Of a stretch of DNA of 64,000 bases, positions 1 to 9,150 are shown in pieces (positions within the stretch are counted from its first letter, which is position 1; each line of letters opens with the position of its first letter). Under the pieces are notes generated by a model, which had not been told where the DNA came from, made no database searches, and was given only the letters and a program-made list of their open reading frames with translations. Origin of the DNA: an uncultured Chloroflexia bacterium (lineage in GTDB: Bacteria > Chloroflexota > Dehalococcoidia > Dehalococcoidales > RBG-16-60-22); the NCBI GenBank assembly GCA_963759785.1, contig CAVXAM010000005.1:360420-424419 (forward strand), written 5' to 3'. The translations under genes were made by a program, and so were the position numbers.

Positions 1-180
1 GGCGACGGGATTGGTTAAGGTGTAGCCGGCAGTTTGCGTAGTACCACCGCTAAGCAGGGTAATGGTTATTGGGGCATCCGCCATTACGGGAGTGACAGTA
101 AAAAGGGTAGTGATACTAGCTAAAACAAATGCTACCGCCACTAACCCTATGTTTTTGGTCAAACTAAACCGCTTTTTCAT
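1..180 (-). CDS. secreted protein, N-terminal fragment (gene continues past the left edge)
   Basis: ATG at 180..178. Translation is MKKRFSLTKNIGLVAVAFVLASITTLFTVTPVMADAPITITLL..., with a basic n-region, hydrophobic core and VMA-type signal-peptidase site. The frame stays open to position 1. Confidence 0.5.
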   Translation of the reverse strand, partial: MKKRFSLTKNIGLVAVAFVLASITTLFTVTPVMADAPITITLLSGGTTQTAGYTLTNPVA

Positions 181-541
181 ATAGTTCCCCATAATCAAGA
201 TTAACATTTGAGTGTAAAAATCAACATAAATTGGTATTAAGAAGGCATAAAGTTATGTTAAAGTTTCATAAAACTTTTTGCCACGAATCCTTGTGAAAAG
301 ACATAGTTTGACCTGCGAAAAAGATGAGGACAATAAGAAAGGTATAAGGTAATCCGTCGGCCCAGTTGTATTTTATTTTAATTTGGGGTATGATATGTAT
401 TTGTTGCCGTCGGTATCGACGCACAACAAAATCTATCGCGACTGGCACGGAGGATAGCGATGATTCGACAAAAATTTTTGAGGGGGAAGGCTGTATAAGG
501 AAAAACAAAGGGCGATTGTTTTTTACTTTTATGTTTATTAT

Positions 542-575
542 GCCTTAGCGCAAATATCGCCTAAGGCTTTTTTAT
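542..575 (+). terminator. rho-independent terminator-like hairpin plus T-run just upstream of the MFS gene
   Basis: gccttagcg / cgcctaaggc stem (one bulge) with a 7-nt loop, followed by ttttttatttctt. No credible upstream plus-strand gene. Confidence 0.4.
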
Positions 576-606
576 TTCTTATATTAAAGTTGATTGAAAG
601 GTCAAG

Positions 607-1941
607 TTGAAGACAAAACACGAAACGCATAATGTAAGAACCAGCTTAAAGCTAAGCGTCCTGGATGCGGGTGCTTATTCGGTGATGCTGGGACTTACCC
701 AGAACTACGTCTCGCCGTTAGCCTTGGAGCTTAAAGCTACCACGACCCAGATAGGGCTGCTTTCTAGCATTCCTAGTCTGGCGATGGCTTTTTCGCAATT
801 AGCGGCGCCTGATTTATCAGCCAGAGCCGGCAGCCGCAAGGGTTTTATATTGCCGGTGGTATTCATGCATGCCATCATGTTTATCCCTATCCTGCTGGTG
901 CCTTATCTCTTTCACGTCTCGGCAGTATGGTGGTTGATAGGTTTTGTAACCGTTAGCGTCGTCATGGGGTCTATCGCCAACCCCGCCTGGGGCAGTATGA
1001 TGGCGGACCTCGTGCCCGAACGCTTAAGGGGACGGTATTTTGGTTTCAGGGGACAGGTAAGCGGTTTTGTCACCCAGGTTTTTACTTACGTGGCGATGGG
1101 TATATTACTGCTTTTTGCTAGCAATATTTTTATCGGTTATGCTATATGTTTCGGCGCGGCAACAGTATTCCGTTTACTGTCTTTTTCTTTTATCTCGCGG
1201 CAATACGAACCGAAGCTGCCGGTAAGTAAAAAACCGGGTCCCAGCCTGCTCCATATTTTCAAAAACGTCGGTTCGACCAACCTCGGGAGGTTCATGCTAT
1301 TTTTCTCGTTAATCGACACTTCCCAGATGATTGCGGGACCGTTTTTCACCGTTTTTATGTTCCGAGATTTACACTTTGGCTACCTTTATTACTGTCTTAT
1401 TAGTACGGCTAGCCAATTAGCGGTCTTGGTGTTTTTGCCGTTTTGGGGACGGCGGGCGGATAAGTGGGGCAACCTTAAGGTAGTGAAAATAGTCAGCTTT
1501 TTGATACCGGTAGTTCCGATACTCTGGATATTCTCCGAGAATATCTTCTACCTGGTCGCCGCCAATATCATCAGCGGTTTTGCCTGGTCGGGATTTAGCT
1601 TGGCTGGTGTGAACTTCGCTTACGACTCCTCCGAATCAGAAAACCGGACGAAGTATTTAGCGGTGTTCGGCGCGATAGACGGACTTGGCTGCTGCCTTGG
1701 TGCTTTGCTGGGCGGTTATATCGCGCCGTTATTACCGGAACTTTTCGGTTACCAGTTAAGAACCTTGTTCGTTATATCCGGCGTCTTGCGGGCTCTGGTC
1801 GCGTTTTTCTTTTTACGTCAGATAAAGGAAGTCAGGAATGTAACCGATATCTCGAACTGGGAATTGATAACGGGTCGCAGCACTAATGGGGAAGGGGCGA
1901 GGGGCAAATTCACTTTCCGTAAAAGGAAACCGGAAGACTAG
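607..1941 (+). CDS. MFS-type transporter
   Basis: 444 aa with about 12 hydrophobic spans. Has a DxxPERLRGRYFG-like loop motif between TM2 and TM3, typical of the major facilitator superfamily. TTG start. Confidence 0.8.
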   Translation: MKTKHETHNVRTSLKLSVLDAGAYSVMLGLTQNYVSPLALELKATTTQIGLLSSIPSLAMAFSQLAAPDLSARAGSRKGFILPVVFMHAIMFIPILLVPYLFHVSAVWWLIGFVTVSVVMGSIANPAWGSMMADLVPERLRGRYFGFRGQVSGFVTQVFTYVAMGILLLFASNIFIGYAICFGAATVFRLLSFSFISRQYEPKLPVSKKPGPSLLHIFKNVGSTNLGRFMLFFSLIDTSQMIAGPFFTVFMFRDLHFGYLYYCLISTASQLAVLVFLPFWGRRADKWGNLKVVKIVSFLIPVVPILWIFSENIFYLVAANIISGFAWSGFSLAGVNFAYDSSESENRTKYLAVFGAIDGLGCCLGALLGGYIAPLLPELFGYQLRTLFVISGVLRALVAFFFLRQIKEVRNVTDISNWELITGRSTNGEGARGKFTFRKRKPED

Positions 1942-4451
1942 TCATTTTTCATCGTCCGGTAGAGACGTGACGGCCACCAGCCCCAGCGTTTGCAGAGAAC
2001 GGCTAACGAGGGCACTAAAAGTGCTCGTACCAGGAACGTATCGATTATCACGCCGATGGCGATAGCGACGCCGATTTCGAGCACCATCGGGAACGACGAG
2101 CTGGCCAGGGTAGCGAAAGTGCCGGCTAAAATAATACCGCAGGAAGTAATAACGTTGCCTGTATGCGCTACCGCTTGGTGTACCGCTTCTTTAAGAGGCA
2201 GGGTTTCGGCTTCTTCGCGGATGCGCGACACCAAAAAGATGTTATAGTCCGCCCCGACGGCCGCCAGCATCACGAAGAGAAATACCGGCAACATGTAAAT
2301 CAACGCTTCATAATGGAAGAAGTAGCTGAAAATCCATGATGTAATGCCGATGGTAGCGCCGTAGTTCAGCAGTACCGTTAAGACCATATATAGCGGCGCC
2401 AGCACACTGCGTAACAGGATGACAATGACCGCTAAAATACCGATGGAAGTTACGACGATAACGATAGTAAGGTCGTCGTTGCTGGTGGTGGTCATGTCGG
2501 CATGAATGGCGGTATCGCCGCCGACGTAGGTGGCAACATTCTCCAGGCTGGAGGCGCTTACTGCCGCTGCCACCGATTTACGTACATCGGGTATGGCGGC
2601 AGAGGATTCATTGGAGAACGGGTCGATGCTAAGTACCAGGTTCATCTTGGCAACCGTGCCATCAGTGGAGAAATAGGTAGCTTTCAGCCAGTTTACAAAA
2701 GGTCCGCTGCCGTTAAAATTAAACTCGTTACCGAGGTTCGTTAAGGTATCGCCGAGTTTGTTTAACGCGTTTTGAAGCTGAATGATAAGCGACGGCAGTT
2801 GGGCTGGGGGGGCTGTGCTTAGCTGGCTGGTAATCGCTGATACCTGCATCAGGTCGGTTATCGTTGCCGTATAACTCGTACTCTGAATTACACCGGGATA
2901 GCTGACTGCTATTGCCTGTAAGTTTCTGGAGAGCGGCTTTATGGTATTTAGTCTGGTAAAGTCGAAATTAGGATTGGTTACCATGCTGCCGAGGGCTTTA
3001 ACCTGGGTGCCGGTGGACATCAGTTGGGTAGCGGTGATTGATGGGTAATCGACTTTAGAAATATCTTTGGCGTCGGTTAATGATTGTGCTACATTATCGA
3101 TGCCTTGGAGTGACTCGGTAGTAAATAAGCTGCCGTCCTTCGATTCTATCAGCAGAACCAGCGGCGAAAGTTGTCCCACCGGGAAATGGTCACGGACGAT
3201 ATTGAGACCCTGGGTCGATTCTTCATCAGCCGATAGCTGGGTTAAGACGTTGGCGGATAATGTAAGCTTTGGCATAGCTAAATAGGGGATAAATAATAAA
3301 GCGATAATTGGGATGGCTGTCCATAACGGATGGCGGGATATCAATTCACCGGTTTTGTCCCAACCCCATATCTTTTTCTTGGGTTTGGGACTAAGCGTAG
3401 TCTTCGGTTTAGTAGGCCAGAATAAGTGACGGCCGAATAGCGATATTAAGGCTGGCACCAGGGTTAGCCCGACTAATAATGTGACCGCGATACCGATAGC
3501 GAGTGCGATACCGCTGGTCTTGGTCATCTCGAAGCGGGAGACGCCCAAACAGAGGAAGGCGATGATAACGGTGACGGCGCTGGCGAGAATAACCGGGCTG
3601 ATACGCTGCAGCGTGGTTATGATGCCTTGTTTTTGGTCGACTCGCGCTACTTCTTCGCGGAAGCGCGAGATGATAAAGAGACAGTAATCCGTACCAACAC
3701 CGAAAATAGTCACTACCATATAGGCATCGGTAACGGTCGAGAAGCTGATGCCGGCTTGCGCCAGGTAACCGATAATACCGCGGGTGACTAAGAAACTCAT
3801 GCCGATAGCGAAGAGGGGCACTAAGGCGGCGATTGGCGAGCGGTAGATGATGAGTAACAGGACTATCACCAGGATTATCGTGACGATGGTCGTTTTATCA
3901 ATGGTACGTTGCACCGACTCGAACAGGTCGTGGAGAAAACCGACGCTGCCGGTGAAATAGAAAGAAGGTCCTGAATATTCTTTAAATTGCTCGCGTATTG
4001 CTAGGATGGTCGGTTTCAGGGCATCTAAAACAGGGGTAGTGAACCCGATAGTCATCATCATGGTAGTGTTATCGGCACTGACCAAAGTGGAACGGAGGGC
4101 TTCACTATCGTATATTGACACGACCTGGCTGATATAATCCGGTCCTTTATCAGAAATGAGCCAGTTACGCAGGTTCCTGGTTTGGTTCAAATCATAATCA
4201 CTAAGTCCGTTGGCGTCGTAAACAACGATTAAACCGGTGGTGGAGGTATTGGAGCTGGTACTGAATTTTTGGTGGACAAGATTACGGGCGTAAACAGACT
4301 CGGTCTGCTGGGGCAGGAACTGGCTCTGGTCAGTGACGCCGACCTGTGAAAGTTGCGGTGCCAGTATCATCATAAAGGCGGCGAGAATGAGCCAAAATGC
4401 GATTACATAATACTTGTATTTCAGGGCGAAACGGCCAAAAAATGCAAACAT
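1938..4451 (-). CDS. MMPL/RND-superfamily membrane transporter
   Basis: 837 aa with two blocks of about 6 TM helices, each preceded by a large soluble loop. Duplicated GxDYxIFLxSRxREE motifs (GTDYCLFIISRFREE and GADYNIFLVSRIREE) are characteristic of MMPL proteins. Confidence 0.85.
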   Translation of the reverse strand: MFAFFGRFALKYKYYVIAFWLILAAFMMILAPQLSQVGVTDQSQFLPQQTESVYARNLVHQKFSTSSNTSTTGLIVVYDANGLSDYDLNQTRNLRNWLISDKGPDYISQVVSIYDSEALRSTLVSADNTTMMMTIGFTTPVLDALKPTILAIREQFKEYSGPSFYFTGSVGFLHDLFESVQRTIDKTTIVTIILVIVLLLIIYRSPIAALVPLFAIGMSFLVTRGIIGYLAQAGISFSTVTDAYMVVTIFGVGTDYCLFIISRFREEVARVDQKQGIITTLQRISPVILASAVTVIIAFLCLGVSRFEMTKTSGIALAIGIAVTLLVGLTLVPALISLFGRHLFWPTKPKTTLSPKPKKKIWGWDKTGELISRHPLWTAIPIIALLFIPYLAMPKLTLSANVLTQLSADEESTQGLNIVRDHFPVGQLSPLVLLIESKDGSLFTTESLQGIDNVAQSLTDAKDISKVDYPSITATQLMSTGTQVKALGSMVTNPNFDFTRLNTIKPLSRNLQAIAVSYPGVIQSTSYTATITDLMQVSAITSQLSTAPPAQLPSLIIQLQNALNKLGDTLTNLGNEFNFNGSGPFVNWLKATYFSTDGTVAKMNLVLSIDPFSNESSAAIPDVRKSVAAAVSASSLENVATYVGGDTAIHADMTTTSNDDLTIVIVVTSIGILAVIVILLRSVLAPLYMVLTVLLNYGATIGITSWIFSYFFHYEALIYMLPVFLFVMLAAVGADYNIFLVSRIREEAETLPLKEAVHQAVAHTGNVITSCGIILAGTFATLASSSFPMVLEIGVAIAIGVIIDTFLVRALLVPSLAVLCKRWGWWPSRLYRTMKND

Positions 4452-4564
4452 CTTATATAAATTATATGGCTTATTTCACTAGTTGTCTATAACTAGGTTG
4501 GATAGGTATTAGAGAATATAACAAACGCAAAGAACGTAAAAAAGGAATTATCTAAACGAAGAAT

Positions 4565-5779
4565 TTACTTCTTGGTGTCGCTTGCTTTCTTGCTTTTGCG
4601 TTCCGGTTTTGTCGTAGACTTGTTATCAATCTGTTCGGGTTTTGTAGATCGGCCGGCGATTTCGGCAGCTTGATTAATCATGCTGTCCCATTTTTCGCTG
4701 GCAGATTTTTCTGTTTTCTCGATTAGCCCTTTGGCTTTTTGTTCCGCCTGGGTGATAATTTCTTCGGCTCTTTGGCGGGCAGCCACGATGAACTTGGATG
4801 ATTCTCCGTCAATCTCGAATTTAGCTTTAGCCACGGTTTCGGAGACGGTTTTTTCGGCTTCGTTGATGACTTTGTTAGCGTTTTTCTGGGCTTCGTTAAC
4901 GACGGTGGCGGCATCTTTTTCGGCTTGAGAAATTTTCTTGGTCGAGTATTCTGCAGCCGTTTGTTCAGCATCGCTGATGATTTTTTCAGCTTTTTTCTTG
5001 GCGTCAGTAACGAGCTTGGTCGCTTCGGCTTTAGCGGCAATAGCCACGTTTTCCTGGGTGACCATTTTGGTGGCGTTTTGTTGCGCTTCGCTAACGATAG
5101 TCGCCGCCTGGGCTTTCGCCTGGTCGATTAACTTTTTGATGGAATTAGCGATGTTTTCTTTATGCTTGGCTAGCAGTTTTTCGGCGTCCCGTTCTGCTTT
5201 GGTGACGGTTTTTTCGGCTTTAGCTTTTGCTTCGGCGATAATATTATCCGCTTCCACTTTAGCGTTTTTCACAATGCTTTCTTGACTCATCAATTCCCTG
5301 GCGGTACTCTCGGCGACGCTAAGGATTTGATTTGATTTTTGGCGGGCTTCATCGATTAGTTCTTCCGATATCTTGTCGACATCGGGCTTGGTGTTTTCCG
5401 ATATTTGGCTGGACTGCGCTTCGGCGTTTTGAAAGATTTGTTCCGCCTGTTCGGTGGCTTCGGCGATGATTTGAGCGGCTTTAGTTTCGGCTTCATGCTG
5501 GCTTCTGGTAACGATATCCGAGGCAGCGTGTTCCGCCTGCGAGATAATTTCATTGGCTTTCTTTTGGGCTTCGCCTAGTACTGTAGTCGATGAAGTTGTC
5601 GGCCGGGCTGGTGGACTGAATGATGGCGCTGGTTCCGGCGTTGCTGGCGGGGGTGGGGCGGGGTTTAATATCGCTTCTTTAGTGACGAAATGGGTACCGG
5701 GTAGAGGCTGACCGCACCATAAGCATATCTTACCGATAACATCATGACCGCATTTAGCGCACTTAGGACGAGTTCTCAT
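4565..5779 (-). CDS. zinc-ribbon protein with a Pro-rich linker and a long Ala/Glu/Lys/Gln coiled-coil
   Basis: N-terminal CAKCGH-x9-CLWCG zinc ribbon, then a PPPPATPEPAP linker. About 300 aa of repeated A-x-x-I-I-x-E-A-x-x-x-A-type helical repeats follow, resembling ATP-synthase b / V-ATPase E stalks. Confidence 0.7.
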   Translation of the reverse strand: MRTRPKCAKCGHDVIGKICLWCGQPLPGTHFVTKEAILNPAPPPPATPEPAPSFSPPARPTTSSTTVLGEAQKKANEIISQAEHAASDIVTRSQHEAETKAAQIIAEATEQAEQIFQNAEAQSSQISENTKPDVDKISEELIDEARQKSNQILSVAESTARELMSQESIVKNAKVEADNIIAEAKAKAEKTVTKAERDAEKLLAKHKENIANSIKKLIDQAKAQAATIVSEAQQNATKMVTQENVAIAAKAEATKLVTDAKKKAEKIISDAEQTAAEYSTKKISQAEKDAATVVNEAQKNANKVINEAEKTVSETVAKAKFEIDGESSKFIVAARQRAEEIITQAEQKAKGLIEKTEKSASEKWDSMINQAAEIAGRSTKPEQIDNKSTTKPERKSKKASDTKK

Positions 5780-6158
5780 ATTCTATCTACCTCTTTGCTT
5801 GATTATAACATATCACGCCTTTTTACATCAGTGACGCAACTAATCTGTTTTCGGTTAGCTAAATACAAGTAAAAGTATCATATCCTATATAACGCGTGAA
5901 GGCAAGATGATAGTATTTCTTAACTATGACCAAATTGGGATAGTAAAAGAACAAAAAGTACGGTTTAATTGATAGAAAGACCCCCTTAAATACGTACTAA
6001 TAGCTACACCCACTCAACATAGGGGTTTCCCCTAACTAAATTTAGGGAGACCTTACTATCGACTTAACAGCCAAACTCGTATCATCAAGTATGTAGAACT
6101 GTATCACCCTATGTCGAGTTGTAGCGCCGGGGAGATTTTAATAATCAGAGGTGCCGAC

Positions 6159-6386
6159 ATGCCGGTAAGCATTAAAGATAAAAAGTATTATCGTACATCG
6201 GAGGTATGCCAGATAGCACGAATCAGCCGCAGTACATTATTACGCTGGTTAAAAGAAGATAACCTGGAGATTCAGGATTATCGCGATAGAAGGAGTTGGC
6301 GGCTGTTTACCGAAGAAGATGTTAATAAACTCGCCTCCGAAGCGAACCGGATTTATGAGGCGCGCGTGATACCGTCTCATCGTTAG
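6159..6386 (+). CDS. stand-alone MerR/excisionase-type helix-turn-helix protein
   Basis: YYRTSEVCQIARISRSTLLRWLKEDNL...RRSWRLFTEEDVNKL matches the MerR N-terminal winged-HTH pattern, with no effector domain. ATG 6159 preceded by agagg is preferred over ORF start 6111. Confidence 0.65.
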   Translation: MPVSIKDKKYYRTSEVCQIARISRSTLLRWLKEDNLEIQDYRDRRSWRLFTEEDVNKLASEANRIYEARVIPSHR

Positions 6387-6436
6387 ATGATTTTAACACC
6401 AATTAGAGCGAAAGTCTTTAAAGAAGGAGGAAGGAT

Positions 6437-6805
6437 ATGAAAGGCTTAGCAAAAAAGGGCAGCAGGAAGGGTGAAAAAGGTTTTACCCTGGTTGAACTAC
6501 TTATCGTGTTCACCTTGCTGGGAGTCCTGGCGGCGATTATGATCCCGAACATCACCGGTCTGATTCAGTATGGTCATGACCAGGCTGCCGGCGCCGAGCT
6601 GGATGTCGTGCAAACGGCGCTGGATACCATGATGGCTAAAGAGAACATCGTTGCCGTCAATAACACCGCCAAAACCAACGACATGGCGATTTTCCCGCAG
6701 GGCGGACCATTCCTGTATCCCAACTATCTGCGTGATCAGAACACCAAGGGCACCTATTCTTGCATCACCACCGGTAAGGTTTCCCAGAACTCCTCGGGCT
6801 ATTAA
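6437..6805 (+). CDS. type IV pilin (prepilin-type N-terminal cleavage/methylation domain), probable major pilin
   Basis: Leader MKGLAKKGSRKGEKG then FTLVELLIVFTLLGVLAAI, with a G/F cleavage site and Glu5. Strong aggagg RBS. 122 aa. Confidence 0.9.
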   Translation: MKGLAKKGSRKGEKGFTLVELLIVFTLLGVLAAIMIPNITGLIQYGHDQAAGAELDVVQTALDTMMAKENIVAVNNTAKTNDMAIFPQGGPFLYPNYLRDQNTKGTYSCITTGKVSQNSSGY

Positions 6806-6879
6806 GCTGTAGGACAGCACAGGGGAAAACACAGTGCGTCAGTGACCTAAGGGTTACGACAATATTGAACAAGTAAATA

Positions 6880-9141
6880 TTGGGTATTAGTGAGTGCCTT
6901 ATGTTGACAGACTCGACAACTAGCAACATTGGTATAAACCGTGATGCCAAGCCGGATATACCAGATAAAATAAAGGCTAAGACGGATACGGTCACCCATG
7001 AGGCAGCCTCGTTCGATAGCGATTCGAAAGGACCGCTGACGAAAGCTTCGAAAAACAATCAAGGAGCTAAAGAGACTGCCATGGGTGCCGTTGCTCGTTT
7101 TTATCAGAAGAGCGAGGACGCCGAGCAAAAAGCCCAGCAGATGGTAAACGAGCTTGAAGAGGTCGTCCAGAAAACACTTAATGCCACCAAGAAAGCTTGC
7201 GGTATTGTCGAAAATGACAGCGGGGGGAATGGCAGTCAGCTGGCGTCATTGCGTAATCGCCTGAACAAGCTGGGTAACTCAAAAGATGGCTCCACCGAAC
7301 CGGGCGCCGAGTCAGGCAAAGAAACCGCCAGAATTTCCGATGATGTTAAGAAAAATTTCTACCGTTTATTATTAACGAAGAATCCGAGGCTGCGGCATTT
7401 TATCGATGACTTAACCGAAGAAAAAGCCAATATAAAAATCGAAAAAGTGGTTTCCGAAGCTAAAGCGGAGATAATGGCGGCGCGCCAAGCCGTTAACAAA
7501 TCTCAAGAAGAGATAACTGCCTCTAAAGAAGTGGCGAAAAAAGCCAAGCTTGAATCCGAGGCTACCCAGCAGGCTGCTGATTTAATCATCAGCCAGGTAA
7601 AGAAAGACGTCCTTAGCCAGTCGGCTAATGACATCGCCAGAGCTCATGCCGAAGTGAAGGCGATTCAAGAGGCAGCCAATGCCGCGATTAAGCGGGCTGA
7701 AGACGACGCTAAAAAGAGTCGCGATGAAGTTGTGACTCTAAGCGATTACGTTAAAGAGACGCTGGCTTTGGCTCAAGAGAAGGTCAAGAAAAGCTCCGAG
7801 GAACTGAAGACCTTTAAGTTCCAGGCGCAGGCGGCTATTACCCAAGCCCAGGAAGAAGCCAAAAAAGCCAGGGCGCAGGCGGAAGAAACGCGGCGGGAAG
7901 CCAAAACGGCTTTAGGAAAAGTTGCCTTAGAAAGTCAGCAGGCTAAAGCGGAAATGGAACTCGCCCGGCGCACCTTACAGGAAGCTACGGTCATCGCCGA
8001 AAAGCAGGCTTACGGAAAATTCTCCGTCGAAACGCAGCAGATGCGGAATGAAGTTGATATCGTCAATAAAAAAGCCCAGGAGCTTATCTCTAAAGCCCAG
8101 ACGGAGAGTCAGCAGGCGAAGCAGGAACTGGAAACCGTAAAAAGGAACGCCGAAAAAGAGTCGAGCGAGGCGCGAAAAGAAACTCTTGAAGCGAAGAAAG
8201 AAGCCGAAAAAGCCAAGCAGACAATCAGCGAAGCGATTAACCAGGCGCGTGAAGAAAGCCGTAAAGCTAAAGAAGAAGCTGAACAATCTATTATTCGGGC
8301 TAACGAAGCCATCATGCAGGCTAAGAAAGACGTTATCAATCTGACGCGGAGCGAGATAAGCCGGACCAGAGAAGCGTTAGAGGCTCCCGGTAACGCCGGC
8401 GAATTAGTGGTTGCTGTGACTGGTAAAGCCTCTGACCAAAAACCGAATGTTGACCATCTGGCCAGCCAGCTGCATGAGATGCGCAATCCTTTGCACTCGA
8501 TTTCCGGTTTCGCTAAATTGATGCTCGAAGAAAACCCGGCTGACGAAAAGACGCGGCAAGAGTTCCTCACCATTATGGTGCAGCAGAGCGAAAGCCTCAA
8601 CAAGCTGATTGATGATATGTCGCAGTCTTTAACGGAAAAGGGCGAGACCTTCGATATTAATAAGGAAACGGTCTCGCCGGACGGCGTCATCACCGAAGCT
8701 GTCGATAGTGTTCAGGGGATGGCGGAGCAAAAAAAAAATCTGATTAACTATAACCCTGACGCCTCTCTCCCGCCAATCGTAGCTGACACGTTTCGTATCA
8801 AGCAGGTCATCGTGAACCTGCTGGATAACGCGATTAAGTATAGTCCCGAAGGCAATTCCATTGACATTAAAACCGAAGCCCGTAATAACGAGCTGCTGGT
8901 GCAGGTAACCGACCACGGCATTGGCATTTCGCCGGCAGATATTCCTGCCATATTTAGTAAGTCCTATCGGGGTAAAAACCGGGGCGATGCCGAGGGCGAT
9001 GGACTCGGACTTTATATTTGCCGACAGATAGTCGAGGCGCACGGCGGCCGTATCTGGGCGGAAAGCGTTGAAGGAGAGGGCAGCACATTTAGCTTTACTT
9101 TACCGATAGCTGCGACAAGGCAAGAAAAAATACAGATTTAG
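6880..9141 (+). CDS. soluble histidine kinase with a ~400-aa coiled-coil N-terminal arm
   Basis: H-box LHEMRNPLHSISGF, N-box NLLDNAIKYSP, G1 DHGIGIS, G2 GDGLGLYICR. No TM segment. Residues ~150-520 are Ala/Glu/Lys/Gln coiled-coil. The start could instead be ATG 6901. Confidence 0.85.
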   Translation: MGISECLMLTDSTTSNIGINRDAKPDIPDKIKAKTDTVTHEAASFDSDSKGPLTKASKNNQGAKETAMGAVARFYQKSEDAEQKAQQMVNELEEVVQKTLNATKKACGIVENDSGGNGSQLASLRNRLNKLGNSKDGSTEPGAESGKETARISDDVKKNFYRLLLTKNPRLRHFIDDLTEEKANIKIEKVVSEAKAEIMAARQAVNKSQEEITASKEVAKKAKLESEATQQAADLIISQVKKDVLSQSANDIARAHAEVKAIQEAANAAIKRAEDDAKKSRDEVVTLSDYVKETLALAQEKVKKSSEELKTFKFQAQAAITQAQEEAKKARAQAEETRREAKTALGKVALESQQAKAEMELARRTLQEATVIAEKQAYGKFSVETQQMRNEVDIVNKKAQELISKAQTESQQAKQELETVKRNAEKESSEARKETLEAKKEAEKAKQTISEAINQAREESRKAKEEAEQSIIRANEAIMQAKKDVINLTRSEISRTREALEAPGNAGELVVAVTGKASDQKPNVDHLASQLHEMRNPLHSISGFAKLMLEENPADEKTRQEFLTIMVQQSESLNKLIDDMSQSLTEKGETFDINKETVSPDGVITEAVDSVQGMAEQKKNLINYNPDASLPPIVADTFRIKQVIVNLLDNAIKYSPEGNSIDIKTEARNNELLVQVTDHGIGISPADIPAIFSKSYRGKNRGDAEGDGLGLYICRQIVEAHGGRIWAESVEGEGSTFSFTLPIAATRQEKIQI

Positions 9142-9150
9142 AGAAGGGCT

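Noticed and set aside
266-548. Small ORFs 266..508 (-) and 366..548 (+) in the first intergenic region
   Set aside because: They overlap each other, have no RBS, and are AT-rich and low-complexity. The region is better explained as promoter/leader sequence.
4680-5553. Several 60-115-aa ORFs in alternative frames or the antisense strand of the coiled-coil gene
   Set aside because: They are artefacts of the repetitive GCx/GAA/AAA codon composition. Their translations are Lys/Pro- or Ser/Ala/Phe-rich nonsense, fully nested in a well-supported gene.
5780-6158. Operator-like inverted repeats (aggggtttcccct; ccctaactaaatttaggg) in the divergent region upstream of the MerR-type gene
   Set aside because: They are short and AT-rich and could arise by chance. 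No second copy or clear -35/-10 context supports a binding site.
7975-9042. Antisense ORFs (103, 194, 137, 67 aa) inside the histidine kinase gene
   Set aside because: They are nested opposite a gene with complete H/N/G1/G2 boxes. They are low-complexity with no start context.
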